From positions 128,001-192,000 of the forward strand of contig CAWBQK010000013.1 in assembly GCA_963791045.1 (NCBI GenBank): 64,000 nt of DNA, written 5' to 3'. The translations under genes were made by a program, and so were the position numbers. Source of the stretch: Candidatus Latescibacterota bacterium (GTDB taxonomy: Bacteria; Krumholzibacteriota; Krumholzibacteriia; WVZY01). The notes beneath the pieces were generated by a model, which was not told where the DNA came from, searched no databases, and worked only from the letters and a program-made list of their open reading frames with translations. This document shows positions 41,725 through 52,305 of this stretch, in pieces (positions within the stretch are counted from its first letter, which is position 1; each line of letters starts with the position of its first letter).

Positions 41725-43007
41725 GCGTCAACACTCCTGTTCGAACGCCGTGCACCGAAACCCTCCCACAGCAGGAGGACGAAAAACGGAATGTACTCGA
41801 TCATTATCGTGATGGCACCGGGCTCCCACCGTCCCGTCGTGTTGTATACCACCCAAACCCAGTAGCTTGCTGCGATCGCCCCCGAGAGATACAACCAGGC
41901 CCTGCTCGGATAGAAACACAAAAACGGGATGATCCAGCACAGGTACCACGGATACAGTGTCGGAGTGAGGAGCAGCGCACAGCCAACAATGAGGAACGAG
42001 CATCTCAACAGATCGTTCTGCCTGTACCCCTGTATGATCGAAAACAACGCTACCACGGCGTAGAGTCCATAGCGGATCCAACCCGCGTCCCCGAAAACAG
42101 CGCCGAGCGCCGAATACACGGCCGGGTTGAATTTCCAGTTGTCCCCGTACACCCGCAGGCTCGATATGAGCCCGCCCGACGCGTCAACAAAAGGCAAATA
42201 GGCAATCGCCGTAACAACAACAAAGAGGCCCACACCGAGGGCGGCGCGCCTTTTGAAAAGATAGAACGGCAGCAAAAGTATCGAGAGGTATTTGGAGAGA
42301 AACGAAAAAGTCAACGCGAGAACGCTGGACAGACGTTTCCGTGAATGCCAAAGGTATACGGAGAGAAGAAGAAAGAATATCCCGGCGGAATCAAGATGAC
42401 CCGAATGCGCAAACTCGATGAGGACGAGCGGACTCCAGGCGTACACTACCGAAAACAACGGATTACGTCCCCGCTCTGCAAGGAGAAGCATCAGCACACC
42501 CAGTGTGGCAATGTCAAAAAGCGTAAAGAGAATCTTTTGGGTTGTCACATTGGCCCGAAGGTACGCCCCCACAAAAAACACGGCCTGCGCAAACGGGGGG
42601 TATATCGTCTCGAGGTGGGGATGGTTAATTTGTGCGTAGTTTTCGTCGCGGAGGTGCTCCAGTTCGGAAGACGACGGAGCCAGACCAAACGGGTTCTGCC
42701 CTGCGGCGATCACCCTCCCCTCCCAAAGATACCTGTAAATGTCCGTCGATAGCGTCGGCGCGGCGCCAAGTAAAATCACTCGGCATACAACGGCGATAAG
42801 AAAAACATAGCCAACGAGCCACTTACCCGCAGGGTTCTTCAAAAAAATCACCACGACCGCCACGATGTAGGCGGCAAACATCAATCCAAAAACGAGCAGA
42901 AATCGAGGAATCACCGTCGTCAATCCGCCGAGAGACAAAAGGTAAACGGCGAGGCCGGTCAACACCAGACCGGGGACTATGACGGACAGCCAATGAATCG
43001 ATTTCAT
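41721..43007 (-). CDS. GT-C (GT87/DUF2029-like) membrane glycosyltransferase
   Basis: LSTDIYRYLWEG, NP, TIYPP, W.PL...E...GH.D, PWY; about 10 TMs. Confidence 0.8.
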   Translation of the reverse strand: MKSIHWLSVIVPGLVLTGLAVYLLSLGGLTTVIPRFLLVFGLMFAAYIVAVVVIFLKNPAGKWLVGYVFLIAVVCRVILLGAAPTLSTDIYRYLWEGRVIAAGQNPFGLAPSSSELEHLRDENYAQINHPHLETIYPPFAQAVFFVGAYLRANVTTQKILFTLFDIATLGVLMLLLAERGRNPLFSVVYAWSPLVLIEFAHSGHLDSAGIFFLLLSVYLWHSRKRLSSVLALTFSFLSKYLSILLLPFYLFKRRAALGVGLFVVVTAIAYLPFVDASGGLISSLRVYGDNWKFNPAVYSALGAVFGDAGWIRYGLYAVVALFSIIQGYRQNDLLRCSFLIVGCALLLTPTLYPWYLCWIIPFLCFYPSRAWLYLSGAIAASYWVWVVYNTTGRWEPGAITIMIEYIPFFVLLLWEGFGARRSNRSVDA

Positions 43008-43022
43008 TCCGTTCCTGCAGGG

Positions 43023-44488
43023 CTAGCGCCTGGAGTGTAAGAGAGAGAGTCCGAGGACATAAACGTACCCAGCGACAAAAAGAAGAAGGTACGGCATTGC
43101 GCCCCAGTTTCCGAGCTTGAAGAGGAGAAGGAATGTCAAAAGCATATAGATGGAGAAGAAGCCCTCAATGAGTATCGATCTTGCGTTGCCCGAACGGTAG
43201 ATCTTCCCCTTCCAGCTATCCGTGATGCTTTCGATTCGATATTTGGCCGTCCGGATAAACGGCGTGTCCCGCGACAGCAACGCTTCCCCGACGGCCCACG
43301 CATTGTTTATACACATTCCGATACCAAGGGTGAGAATAAAGGGGATATCCTTGAGACGCCATTTCCAATCGGGATAAATCTCACGCTGAGACGTGAGATA
43401 AAAAACAAAAACGGATCCCGTCGTAAACAGGAACACGAGGACTTCCCAGAATTCCAGACCGCCGAGCATAAGATGATGTCTCAAGATAAGCGACAGCGGG
43501 AGAAGCCCTGAAAGCAATACGATAGAAAGATAGCAGAGGTTCGCGCTCAAGTGGAATGTCGCTTCGAGCTTGACGCGAACAGGCAGCCGGCTCCGCCATA
43601 TCTGCGGCAGGAGTTTTCTTCCGACCTGGATCGCCCCTTTTGTCCAACGATGTTGTTGGGTCTTGAATCCGTAAATATCAACGGGAAGCTCGCTCTTGCA
43701 TACGAGATCGGGGACAAAAACAAATTTCCAACCCGCCATCTGCGCCCGGTAAGACAAATCGAGATCTTCGGTCAAAGTATCGCCGTCCCAGCCTCCGGCC
43801 TCATCGATCGCCCGCCGCCTGAAGATGCCGCCGGTCCCGTTGAAGTTGAAGAATCTTCCGGAGAACGCTCGCGCAGTTTGCTCAATCATGAAATGGCCGT
43901 CGAGAAGTATCGACTGGAGACGAGTGAGAAGAGAATAATCCCTGTTCAGGTATCCCCACCGCGCCTGGACCATCCCCACTTTCTCGTCCTGGAAGTATGA
44001 AACAACCCGCGAAAGGAATTCCGGAGGTATGACAAAATCGGCATCGAAAATCGCAACCAGTTCATCGGCGCTGTGCTCGAAGACCGGCTTTCAACGCGCC
44101 CGCCTTGAATCCCGTCCTGTCCTTCCTGTGATAATGGTGGACCCGGTAACCGAGGTCCCGGAGTTTGTCACCAGCCGATTTTGTTATCTCCTGGGTCCCG
44201 TCGGTCGAATCGTCAAGGATTTGAACGGTGACAAGCTCCTTCGGATAATCGAGTTCACCGACGCTCTCGATCACCCGTTCCGCCACGTAGAATTCATTGA
44301 ATATCGGAAGCTGTATAGTGACGGTGGGAAGGTTGCGCACGTAAAACCGGCGGCGGTTGGACTCTGTCGCGTTTCTTGTAGTGACGGTAATAAAGATAGA
44401 GAATGAAATACCGGTGAATTCCATAGACCGACAGGAACGTAAGCACGCTCAGATACAGGACTATGGTGATCTTTGTGAGCAGATCCAT
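43023..44488 (-). CDS. Processive GT2 (cellulose synthase/CslA-like); frameshifts near 44330 and 44080
   Basis: QLPIFNE, LDDSTD, GFKAGAL, FDADF, FNGTGG, TEDLD, QQHRW across three frames. Confidence 0.8.
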
Positions 44489-44540
44489 GGTTTTTCTTCA
44501 GAATGATTATCGGGTGCGGCTGTGAATGCTCAAATCAAAT

Positions 44541-45530
44541 CTACCCGTCATCCTCGGTTTCTAGCGCCGGGGCGTCATCGACCAGGACTCCCCCGCATGA
44601 CGAACCGCAACCGGCTGTACACCCAAAGCAATGATTTCCTGTTACGATGCGGCGTTCGGTGTGTATTTTCGGGTCGAAATCACGAATGTGAGTTGGCGCT
44701 CCGTGATCGACGGAAAGTTTTAGAGCAAGATTGAAATCACAGTCGTAAATGTTGCCGTCCCAATCCACATTGATTTGATGCCGGCACATAAGCCCATCGA
44801 TGGTGGCCGGATTGAACCTGTCCCTGAGCAGTTCTACATAGTCGTCGTATCTGTTCTGCTTTTTGAGATCTCCAACATATCGGCCGATCGGCATGTTGGT
44901 AATTGTGATCAAATTGGTGAAATCGATTCCAAATTGTCTTTTGAGTTCACGTTTGTAGTCGCGCTCCAGGCTCGTTTGATCCGGTGGCAGATGCGGTCCT
45001 GTGGGGTTGTAGACGAGGGTGAGCGGGAGATCCACGTCCCGGCCATAGCCGAGATCGTTCAGCATCCGAATAGCCTCGATACTGTCGGCAAACACTCCGC
45101 TCCCACGCTGCCGATCGACATTCTCCTCGAGATAACACGGGAGCGATGCAACGAGTTGGACCCTGTTGTCCCTCATGAACCGCGGCATCGCCTCCATATC
45201 GGGAGTAACAAGAACTGTCAGGTTGGTGCGGACAAGGACCGGAATATCCATTTCCCGAATCGTTTCGACGAAACGACGGAAATGCGGATTGAGTTCGGGC
45301 GCGCCGCCGGTGATATCAACAAGCTGGCAGTCGACCTGTCTTGCCGCTGCAACGATCAGTTCCATCGTCTCCCAGCCCATCGTCTCTTTTCGTTTCGGAG
45401 ACGCGGCCACGTGGCAATGAGCGCACTGGAGGTTGCATTTCAGCCCCACATTGACCTGTATAATCGTAACATCGGCCGAGTGAAGGTCATTGCCGGTTGC
45501 GTGACGTATCTTTGAATCAAATTCGTTCAT
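44541..45530 (-). CDS. arsS: Arsenosugar biosynthesis radical SAM protein
   Basis: CNLQCAHC, DITGGAPELN, ASLPCY..NVD.QRG, TITNMPI.R, YDCDFN, HCFGCTAGCGSSCGG; directly downstream of arsM. Confidence 0.9.
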   Translation of the reverse strand: MNEFDSKIRHATGNDLHSADVTIIQVNVGLKCNLQCAHCHVAASPKRKETMGWETMELIVAAARQVDCQLVDITGGAPELNPHFRRFVETIREMDIPVLVRTNLTVLVTPDMEAMPRFMRDNRVQLVASLPCYLEENVDRQRGSGVFADSIEAIRMLNDLGYGRDVDLPLTLVYNPTGPHLPPDQTSLERDYKRELKRQFGIDFTNLITITNMPIGRYVGDLKKQNRYDDYVELLRDRFNPATIDGLMCRHQINVDWDGNIYDCDFNLALKLSVDHGAPTHIRDFDPKIHTERRIVTGNHCFGCTAGCGSSCGGVLVDDAPALETEDDG

Positions 45531-45567
45531 TTTTATTCTTCGACCACGGACCTGCGCCCGATTTCCG

Positions 45568-46629
45568 TCAACAGCAGCCGCCCCCGGATTCCTCGCCGTC
45601 ATCGTCGGACATACCAAATGCACCTTCATCGTCAAACGACCCAAAGTGGTTCGAACGATCACCGGTCACCTTGAAATGCCTTGCGAATCGAGTGCCTTCG
45701 AGCATCGACGCGGTGTTGCCGCACACAAGCTCGGGCCGGTTGGTTTCAAAAATGTGGTGGTCATCGAGAACAAAGAGGTTGGGCGATTCCGGAAGCGTCC
45801 CGAGATACACCGCCGTCTGACCATAGTCCTCGCTTACGTCTTCGAGGTTTTCGATTTTGAAAGCGCGAACGGTAATCGAATAAAAATCGATGAGGCCCGC
45901 CTTCACAGCGACTTCGGGATTGTGAATCTCGAGCGGCTTGCTCTCGAACACACGATGATCGGCAAAACCCGCAGCCTCGAGCATCCGTCTGAAATCCTCG
46001 ATGTACAACGCGCCGCCGAGACACTCGCCATAAAACACAGGATCATTCCTCAAAGATTCCGGGATACGACGTCCGGCAAAAACATCGGAAAAGAACAATT
46101 CGCCCCCAGGCTTCAACACGCGGAAGATCTCCGAGAACACGGCCGGTTTGTCGGGAGATAGATTGATCACGCAGTTCGAAATCACCACATCGACCGAGTT
46201 GTCCTCGATACCGGCCGCGGCGAGGTCTTCAATGTATCCTTGTTTGAATTCCACATTCGGGCTGCTATATCCGAACCTGCCCATTTGATAATCGACATGC
46301 CGCTCGGCAACCTCGAGCTGTTCCGGAGTCATGTCGACCCCGATTACCCGTCCGTTTTCGCCGACAAGTTTTGAAACGATGTAAGAGTCGCGTCCGGTAC
46401 CACAGCCGAGATCGAGAACCGTCCGGCCCTCCAGTTCAAATGGAATCGGCGAGCCACACCCGTAAAAACGCTCGAGAATCTCAGGATGAATCAAATCGAT
46501 AACCGAGCCTGCTTCAGGTACGGGGGCGCTCGACGAACAACAAGCGTTTGTTTTGAGATCATTTCCGCTCTGGAGGATCTTCCCATAATATTCTTTGACC
46601 TGGTCAAATGTGCGTGATGAGTCAGACAC
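45568..46629 (-). CDS. arsM: Arsenite methyltransferase (ArsS-associated type)
   Basis: YYG..L....DLKTNACC, FYGCG, LDLGCGTGRD, SNCVINL, GECLGGA, VCGNTA, C-terminal GCC; AAGGAG SD before GTG 46629. Confidence 0.9.
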   Translation of the reverse strand: MSDSSRTFDQVKEYYGKILQSGNDLKTNACCSSSAPVPEAGSVIDLIHPEILERFYGCGSPIPFELEGRTVLDLGCGTGRDSYIVSKLVGENGRVIGVDMTPEQLEVAERHVDYQMGRFGYSSPNVEFKQGYIEDLAAAGIEDNSVDVVISNCVINLSPDKPAVFSEIFRVLKPGGELFFSDVFAGRRIPESLRNDPVFYGECLGGALYIEDFRRMLEAAGFADHRVFESKPLEIHNPEVAVKAGLIDFYSITVRAFKIENLEDVSEDYGQTAVYLGTLPESPNLFVLDDHHIFETNRPELVCGNTASMLEGTRFARHFKVTGDRSNHFGSFDDEGAFGMSDDDGEESGGGCC

Positions 46630-46796
46630 GTCTGCTCCTTGGTAAGGATCGTTTGTTACGTTTTCCAATTTGTCGTCTGGATGGTGTTTATCTTACAGAT
46701 TATCCGGCGGCTGAATCGACGTCGTGAATATAACGCGCCGGCGTCGCGGACGAAACCAAAATCCCGGTGGGACAACGTCGAATGACGGCCCTGCGG

Positions 46797-47504
46797 TCAC
46801 TTGACGGGATCGGGATAATAGCGTTTAAGAACTAGCGGCGGGACGCCTAAGCGGTAGAGCAACAACAGGATACAGTTTCGCGCCGTGCAATAGAGGATTC
46901 CCTCGTCTTCCCAGCGCCGGACGGATGAGACTACCGGGCTTTTGAGGATTTTGATCTTCTCGCCGTCATTCTTGATCCGGCTCATCAGCTCAACATCCTC
47001 CATCAGCGGAATCTCGCGGTACCCGCCAATCCGGTCGAAGTAGTCACGGCGGACAAAAATCCCCTGATCACCGTAGGGCACGCGCGACAGCCGCGACCTC
47101 GTCGTCGCCACCCAACCAAAAAACCTGAAGACCGCGCGCGGAGAGTCGAACTGGAGATTGAAAGCCCCAGCGACAAAACCGCAACCGTCGACCACCTCGA
47201 CAACCGCGGCGAGCCCACCCTCCGGAATCATTGTGTCAGCATGAAGAAACAAGAGAATCTCTCCTCTGGCCGCTTTCGCCCCGGCATTCATCTGCCGGGC
47301 CCTGCCACGCTCCGAGCGAACGACACGCGCCGCGGACGTGTCGACGACCTCGGCGGTGTCTCCTTCGGGGGCTCCTTCAACGACAATTAGTTCCGCGACG
47401 CGACGCTTGTCCACCCCACGGAGGGATTCCAACAAGGCGCCGATGCGTTCGGCTTCGTGGAATACGGGAATTATGACGGAGATCTTTGGTTGGTCACTGT
47501 TCAT
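46797..47504 (-). CDS. TIGR04283-type arsenosugar-associated GT2
   Basis: ISVIIPV, GRARQMNAGA, LFLHADT, PYGDQGIF, PLMEDVE, SS.RRW. Confidence 0.85.
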   Translation of the reverse strand: MNSDQPKISVIIPVFHEAERIGALLESLRGVDKRRVAELIVVEGAPEGDTAEVVDTSAARVVRSERGRARQMNAGAKAARGEILLFLHADTMIPEGGLAAVVEVVDGCGFVAGAFNLQFDSPRAVFRFFGWVATTRSRLSRVPYGDQGIFVRRDYFDRIGGYREIPLMEDVELMSRIKNDGEKIKILKSPVVSSVRRWEDEGILYCTARNCILLLLYRLGVPPLVLKRYYPDPVK

Positions 47505-47521
47505 TTGGCCTGATCATAATC

Positions 47522-47559
47522 AAAAACCGCGGAGCGGGAAAGCATTCCTACTCCGCGGT
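47522..47559 (-). terminator. Terminator after the prolyl oligopeptidase gene
   Basis: ACCGCGGAG...CTCCGCGGT stem with an A5 run (U-tract on the minus strand). Confidence 0.65.
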
Positions 47560-47587
47560 CCGGTTCATTTCTTAATGGCGGCTACCG

Positions 47588-49765
47588 CTAATTGTCATAT
47601 TTGGCTTCCATCCCCAGAACCTTGAATGTGAACGCGTAGATATCGGCCGCTTCCTCGATACGTTTGGTCGTGGGTTTCCCCCCACCGTGACCCGCTTTGG
47701 TTTCGATACGGATCAGTATGGGGTTTGTGCCCGCGTCCGCCGCCTGAAGAGTCGCCGCAAATTTCTTGGAATGCATCGGCACGACGCGATCATCCGTATC
47801 CGCCGTCGTTATAAGTGTCGCGGGGTAGGCAACGCCTTTCTTGACGTTGTGCAGTGGCGAGTACTCGTAGAGATACTTGAACTCTTCGGGAATGTCTGCG
47901 TTGCCAAAATCGCTCGTCCAGTACCGCCCCACCGTGAACTTGTGATAGCGGAGCATGTCCGTTACCGGCACACGGCACAAAACAGCGCCGAACAGATCCG
48001 GTCGCTGAATCATGCAGGCGGCGACGAGGAGACCGCCATTGCTTGCGCCTTCAATCGCGAGTTTTGGCGTACTCGTGAATTTGGCGGCGATGAGCCACTC
48101 CGCCGCCGCGATGAAATCGTCGAATGTGTTCTGCTTCCTGTCGAGAATCCCCTGCTGGTGCCATTCCTCACCGTACTCGTCGCCGCCACGGATGTTCGCG
48201 ACAGCGTAAACACCGCCGTTTTCGAGCCAGACAAGCCGGCCGACCGAAAAGTAGGGCGTCATACTCGCGTTGAACCCGCCGTACCCGTAAAGGATAGTCG
48301 GGTTGTTGCCGTCGAGCTCGAGCCCCGACTTGTGAACGATGAACATCGGAACCCGTGTTCCATCTTTGGATTTGTAAAACACCTGTTTTGTTTCGTACTG
48401 CGTGTCGTCGAAGTCGATCTCGGGCTGACGGAAGATCGCGACTTCATCGGTTTTGAAATCGTAACGGAAGGCCGTGGTCGGGTAGAGAAACGACGTCAGA
48501 CTGAAGAACATTTCGGTGTCCTTGCGCTCGCCCGACAAGCCGTAAACCGTACCCATGGTTGGCAGAGTGATCTCGCGCCGAAACTCCCCGCCGATGCGGA
48601 ATATTTTAATATTGTGGTGTGCGTCGTGAAGATACGAGACAACGAGTTCGTTGTTGATCATCCGCACCGACGCCATGACATCCTCGCTTGTGGGGATGAC
48701 TTCCGTCCATTCGGCGCGATCCGGCCTGGTGATGTCGATCGCAACAACGCGGCCGCGCGAAGCATCGAGATCCGTATTAAAATAGAACACCGTACCGATG
48801 TTGTCGACAAACTCGTACTTTGCCACGCCGAGACCAAGAAGCGTCACAAAATCGCCGTCGCTCGCCACTTCGCGGTAGTAGACCCCGCTCTTGGGATCGG
48901 TGCCGTGATAAACGTTCAACAAGAGGTACTTGCCATCGTCGGTGATCGACGGATAAAACCCGTACTCCTTATTAGCCGGGTCCTCGTAGACAAGAACGTC
49001 CTGGGACTGCGGCGTACCAAGTGTATGCCAGTAGACACGGCTAAAATTGTTCTGATCTTCTTCGGCAACCGACCCTTCTTCGGGGAACCGGTTATAATAG
49101 AAACCCGACTGGTCGTGTTTCCACGCGATCGATGAGAACTTACACCACTTCAACACCTCATCGTGGTCATTGCCCGAATCTATATTTCTTATATGTATTT
49201 CCCGCCAGTCGCTTCCGCTCTGCGACAGGCCGTAGGCGAGGAGTTTGCCATCTTTGCTGAATGACGTCCCGGCGAGCGCCACCGTGCCGTCTTCGCTCAA
49301 CGTGTTGGGATCGATGACAACGCTGGACTCGCCGTCAAGAGTCTTTTGCATGTAGAGCACGGACTGGTTCTGAAGCCCATCGTTCTTGGAGAAAAAGTAC
49401 CGTTCACCGTGTTTGTACGGGAGAGAGTACTTCGGGTAGTTCCACAACTTCGTCAACCGTTCCTCGATCTGAACTCGTGATGGATCGCCCTGAATAAACT
49501 TCTGTGTGATCTTGTTCTCCGCCTCGACCCAGGCCGCCGCTTCCTCCGATGCCGGGTCTTCCATCCATCTGTACGGATCTGCCACAATCGTGCCGTGATA
49601 ATCGTCCGTCACATCCGACACCCGGGCCTCCGGATAGACGTAATTAGCCGCCTTATCCTGTGACGCCACCGGCGAAAGAAGTGAAATCACTATCAGCGCC
49701 GCCATCGGGACGATAAGCACGCCCGCGAGACGAGATTTTCCGCTTTTCAAAAAACCTGTGTTCAT
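47588..49765 (-). CDS. Prolyl oligopeptidase (S9A), exported
   Basis: DPYRW.ED, YGYGGF, nucleophile GASNGG, DDRV, AGHG; AGGAGG SD before ATG 49765. Confidence 0.95.
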   Translation of the reverse strand: MNTGFLKSGKSRLAGVLIVPMAALIVISLLSPVASQDKAANYVYPEARVSDVTDDYHGTIVADPYRWMEDPASEEAAAWVEAENKITQKFIQGDPSRVQIEERLTKLWNYPKYSLPYKHGERYFFSKNDGLQNQSVLYMQKTLDGESSVVIDPNTLSEDGTVALAGTSFSKDGKLLAYGLSQSGSDWREIHIRNIDSGNDHDEVLKWCKFSSIAWKHDQSGFYYNRFPEEGSVAEEDQNNFSRVYWHTLGTPQSQDVLVYEDPANKEYGFYPSITDDGKYLLLNVYHGTDPKSGVYYREVASDGDFVTLLGLGVAKYEFVDNIGTVFYFNTDLDASRGRVVAIDITRPDRAEWTEVIPTSEDVMASVRMINNELVVSYLHDAHHNIKIFRIGGEFRREITLPTMGTVYGLSGERKDTEMFFSLTSFLYPTTAFRYDFKTDEVAIFRQPEIDFDDTQYETKQVFYKSKDGTRVPMFIVHKSGLELDGNNPTILYGYGGFNASMTPYFSVGRLVWLENGGVYAVANIRGGDEYGEEWHQQGILDRKQNTFDDFIAAAEWLIAAKFTSTPKLAIEGASNGGLLVAACMIQRPDLFGAVLCRVPVTDMLRYHKFTVGRYWTSDFGNADIPEEFKYLYEYSPLHNVKKGVAYPATLITTADTDDRVVPMHSKKFAATLQAADAGTNPILIRIETKAGHGGGKPTTKRIEEAADIYAFTFKVLGMEAKYDN

Positions 49766-49868
49766 GCCGACCTCCTGTAACAGTTTCCTCAAGAACGACC
49801 TGGGAACGAGTATACCCGATGTCCAGCGATCCGTGCCCCAGAAAGATCGCGGGCTTTCTTCCGCGTAC

Positions 49869-49896
49869 TTGACAACTTCTTGACCTGTGGTATGTT
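49869..49896 (+). promoter_or_regulatory. Promoter of the thi operon
   Basis: TTGACA-N16-TATGTT with an extended TG, just upstream of the riboswitch. Confidence 0.55.
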
Positions 49897-49911
49897 TTTT
49901 TTGATCGCTAC

Positions 49912-49996
49912 TAACAATGCGGGGTGCTCGCCGATGGGCGCGGGCTGAGAACATACCCTTTGAACCTGATCCGGGTAATGCCGGCGCAGGGACTCA
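49912..49996 (+). ncRNA. TPP riboswitch aptamer
   Basis: GGGGTGC..GCTGAGA..ACCCTTTGAACCTGATCCGGGTAATGCCGGCGCAGGGA consensus upstream of thiamine genes. Confidence 0.95.
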
Positions 49997-50009
49997 GAAG
50001 CTCTCGGCG

Positions 50010-50050
50010 CCGCTGACACCCGTATAAAAGGTCGGATCAGCGGTTTTTTT
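50010..50050 (+). terminator. Riboswitch expression-platform terminator
   Basis: CCGCTGA...TCAGCGG followed by T7, between the aptamer and thiO. Confidence 0.75.
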
Positions 50051-50091
50051 GGCTATACGACCCGCCCACACCAAACTCCAACCCCCGGGAG

Positions 50092-51234
50092 ATGAGCGGT
50101 TTGACACGGAACAACAACCACCCCATCGCCATCATCGGCGGCGGGATCATCGGACTCGCAATCGGGTGGCAGCTCTCGCGCCGATCCGCGCCCGTCGTGC
50201 TCTTTGAGCGCGACGAGATCCCGGGTCGTGGCGCAAGCTGGGTCGCAGCCGGAATGCTCGCCCCGCACTCCGAGGTTGGATTCGAAGAAGAAGATTTTCT
50301 CCGGCTTGGCGTGGAAAGTCTCAACCAGTTCCCCCGCTTTCTCGATGAACTTGCAGAGGACGCCGGTTCGCGTGTCGCTCTCGATGAGCGGGGCACGATG
50401 ATCGTTGGGTTCCACCGCGACGACACCGAGAGGATTCGGCGGCTTTTCGAGTTCAGGGAACAGCTCGGACTCCCCGTGCGCTGGCTCCCCGGACAAGAGG
50501 GCCGCGAAATCGAACCCCTTCTCTCCCCCAGGATCACCGGAGCGATCTGGCTCCCGGATGACAGCCAGGTAAACAACCGCGAGCTGGTTGCGGTTTTGAA
50601 GACAGCACTTGTCGCCCGCGGTGGGATCATCAAAGAAAATACACCGGTAACATCGGTAGAGATCGAAGGCGATCGTGTTGCCGCGGTGCACTGTGAAGAA
50701 GAACGGTTCGAAGTGTCGGCCGCGGTGGTCGCCGCCGGGTGCTGGTCGAACCGAATTGATGGCATACCGGACGCGATCCGGCCGCCCGTTCGCCCCGTCA
50801 AGGGGCAGATCGTCTCGCTTCGCATGGACGGCGAGTTTGATTTCAAACATGTCGTCCGCGCGCCCGATGTCTACCTCCTGCCCAAAGACGACGGACGGCT
50901 TGTCGTCGGCGCAACCCAGGAGGAAATGGGTTTTGATACCACACCGACCGCGGGCCCGGTGATGCGGCTTCTCGAGCGGGGGTGGGAGGCGATCCCGTCG
51001 ATATTCGATCTCGCGATCGACTCGATTGAAGCGGGTCTTAGGCCCGGTAGCCGGGATCACGAACCGCTAATCGGCGGCACCGGCGTCGATGGACTCTATT
51101 ACGCAACGGGACATCACCGTCACGGGGTTCTTCTCGCCCCGATCACCGCGTACGCGATGAGAGATCTCATTGTCGACGGTGAAACGTCCGAGCTTCTCGA
51201 ACCGTTTCATCCGTCGCGATTCTTCCGGTCCTGA
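50092..51234 (+). CDS. thiO: Glycine oxidase
   Basis: GGGIIG, ASWVAAGMLAP, PVKGQ, GLRP, GHHRHGVLLAP; thi context. Confidence 0.93.
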   Translation: MSGLTRNNNHPIAIIGGGIIGLAIGWQLSRRSAPVVLFERDEIPGRGASWVAAGMLAPHSEVGFEEEDFLRLGVESLNQFPRFLDELAEDAGSRVALDERGTMIVGFHRDDTERIRRLFEFREQLGLPVRWLPGQEGREIEPLLSPRITGAIWLPDDSQVNNRELVAVLKTALVARGGIIKENTPVTSVEIEGDRVAAVHCEEERFEVSAAVVAAGCWSNRIDGIPDAIRPPVRPVKGQIVSLRMDGEFDFKHVVRAPDVYLLPKDDGRLVVGATQEEMGFDTTPTAGPVMRLLERGWEAIPSIFDLAIDSIEAGLRPGSRDHEPLIGGTGVDGLYYATGHHRHGVLLAPITAYAMRDLIVDGETSELLEPFHPSRFFRS

Positions 51235-51270
51235 CAAGGAGCCCGATCCGACGATACGTCGAGGTTTATT

Positions 51271-51477
51271 ATGAAACTCATGCTAAACGGCGAAACAATC
51301 GAAACCGATGAGGGGAAGACGCTCGGCGCGCTACTGACGTCCCTGGGGATCCCCGCCGATTCTAAAGGCGTTGCCGTCGCCTTAAACGAGACCGTCATTC
51401 CCAAGAGAAAATGGGATTCGGTCGTGCTCAACGCGGATGATACGATCGAAATCATTCATGCCGTCCAGGGCGGCTGA
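51271..51477 (+). CDS. thiS: Sulfur carrier protein
   Basis: LNGE, VAVALN, C-terminal AVQGG. Confidence 0.95.
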   Translation: MKLMLNGETIETDEGKTLGALLTSLGIPADSKGVAVALNETVIPKRKWDSVVLNADDTIEIIHAVQGG

Positions 51478-51519
51478 TTTGTTGTTTGCCGGCAATCAAC
51501 ATTTATAGAAGGTGTATTT

Positions 51520-52305
51520 ATGGATCCGCTAAAAATCGCCGATCTTACGCTTGAATCCCGCCTGATCCTGGGGTCGGCCCGGTACCCCAACCCGGACACC
51601 ATGCTCGAAGCGTTGAAGGCAAGCGGGACGGAGATGGTGACCGTCGCTATCCGGCGCGTCAATCTCAAGGATGATTCGTCGGAAAGCCTGATCCAGATGC
51701 TCACGCGTGAAAACTATTTCATCCTCCCCAACACGGCCGGATGTTACACGGCGAAAGAGGCCGTTCTCACCGCGCAGCTCGCACGGGAAGCCCTCGAGAC
51801 AAACTGGATCAAGCTCGAGGTCATCGGCGATGATGACACGCTCTTCCCGGATGTCACCGAACTTCTAAAAGCGACCGGTGAACTTCTCGCCGACGGTTTT
51901 GTTGTGCTTCCCTATTGTAACGATGATCCCATCACATGTAAGAAACTCGCCGACATGGGTTGTCCGGCCGTCATGCCGCTGGGCGCCCCGATCGGGTCGG
52001 GCATGGGAATACGAAACCCATACAATCTTAGAATCATCCGCGAAATTGTCGATGTTCCGGTCATCGTCGACGCCGGAGTTGGAACGGCATCCGATGTGGC
52101 CGTTGCGATGGAGCTTGGCATCGACGGCATTCTAATGAACACCGCCGTCGCCGGCGCCAAACACCCGGTTGAAATGGCGAGGGCGATGCGGCTCGCCGCC
52201 GAGGCGGGGCGTCTCGCATACGGCGCCGGACGGATCCCAAGAAAACTGTATGCAGCGGCATCGAGTCCGCTCGATGGCATTGTCGGATCTGACCCCAATG
52301 GTTGA
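51520..52305 (+). CDS. thiG: Thiazole synthase
   Basis: [33 protein letters not shown]. Confidence 0.97.
   Translation: MDPLKIADLTLESRLILGSARYPNPDTMLEALKASGTEMVTVAIRRVNLKDDSSESLIQMLTRENYFILPNTAGCYTAKEAVLTAQLAREALETNWIKLEVIGDDDTLFPDVTELLKATGELLADGFVVLPYCNDDPITCKKLADMGCPAVMPLGAPIGSGMGIRNPYNLRIIREIVDVPVIVDAGVGTASDVAVAMELGIDGILMNTAVAGAKHPVEMARAMRLAAEAGRLAYGAGRIPRKLYAAASSPLDGIVGSDPNG

Noticed and set aside
44560-44640. Selenocysteine in the ArsS C-terminal GSSxGG motif
   Set aside because: The codon is TGC (Cys), not TGA, and the ORF is uninterrupted
47687-49135. Long antisense ORFs (also 1290-2432, 4515-5555, 37217-38239, 50053-51060, 63047-63901)
   Set aside because: Shadow ORFs opposite well-supported genes in GC-rich DNA, with no recognisable motifs
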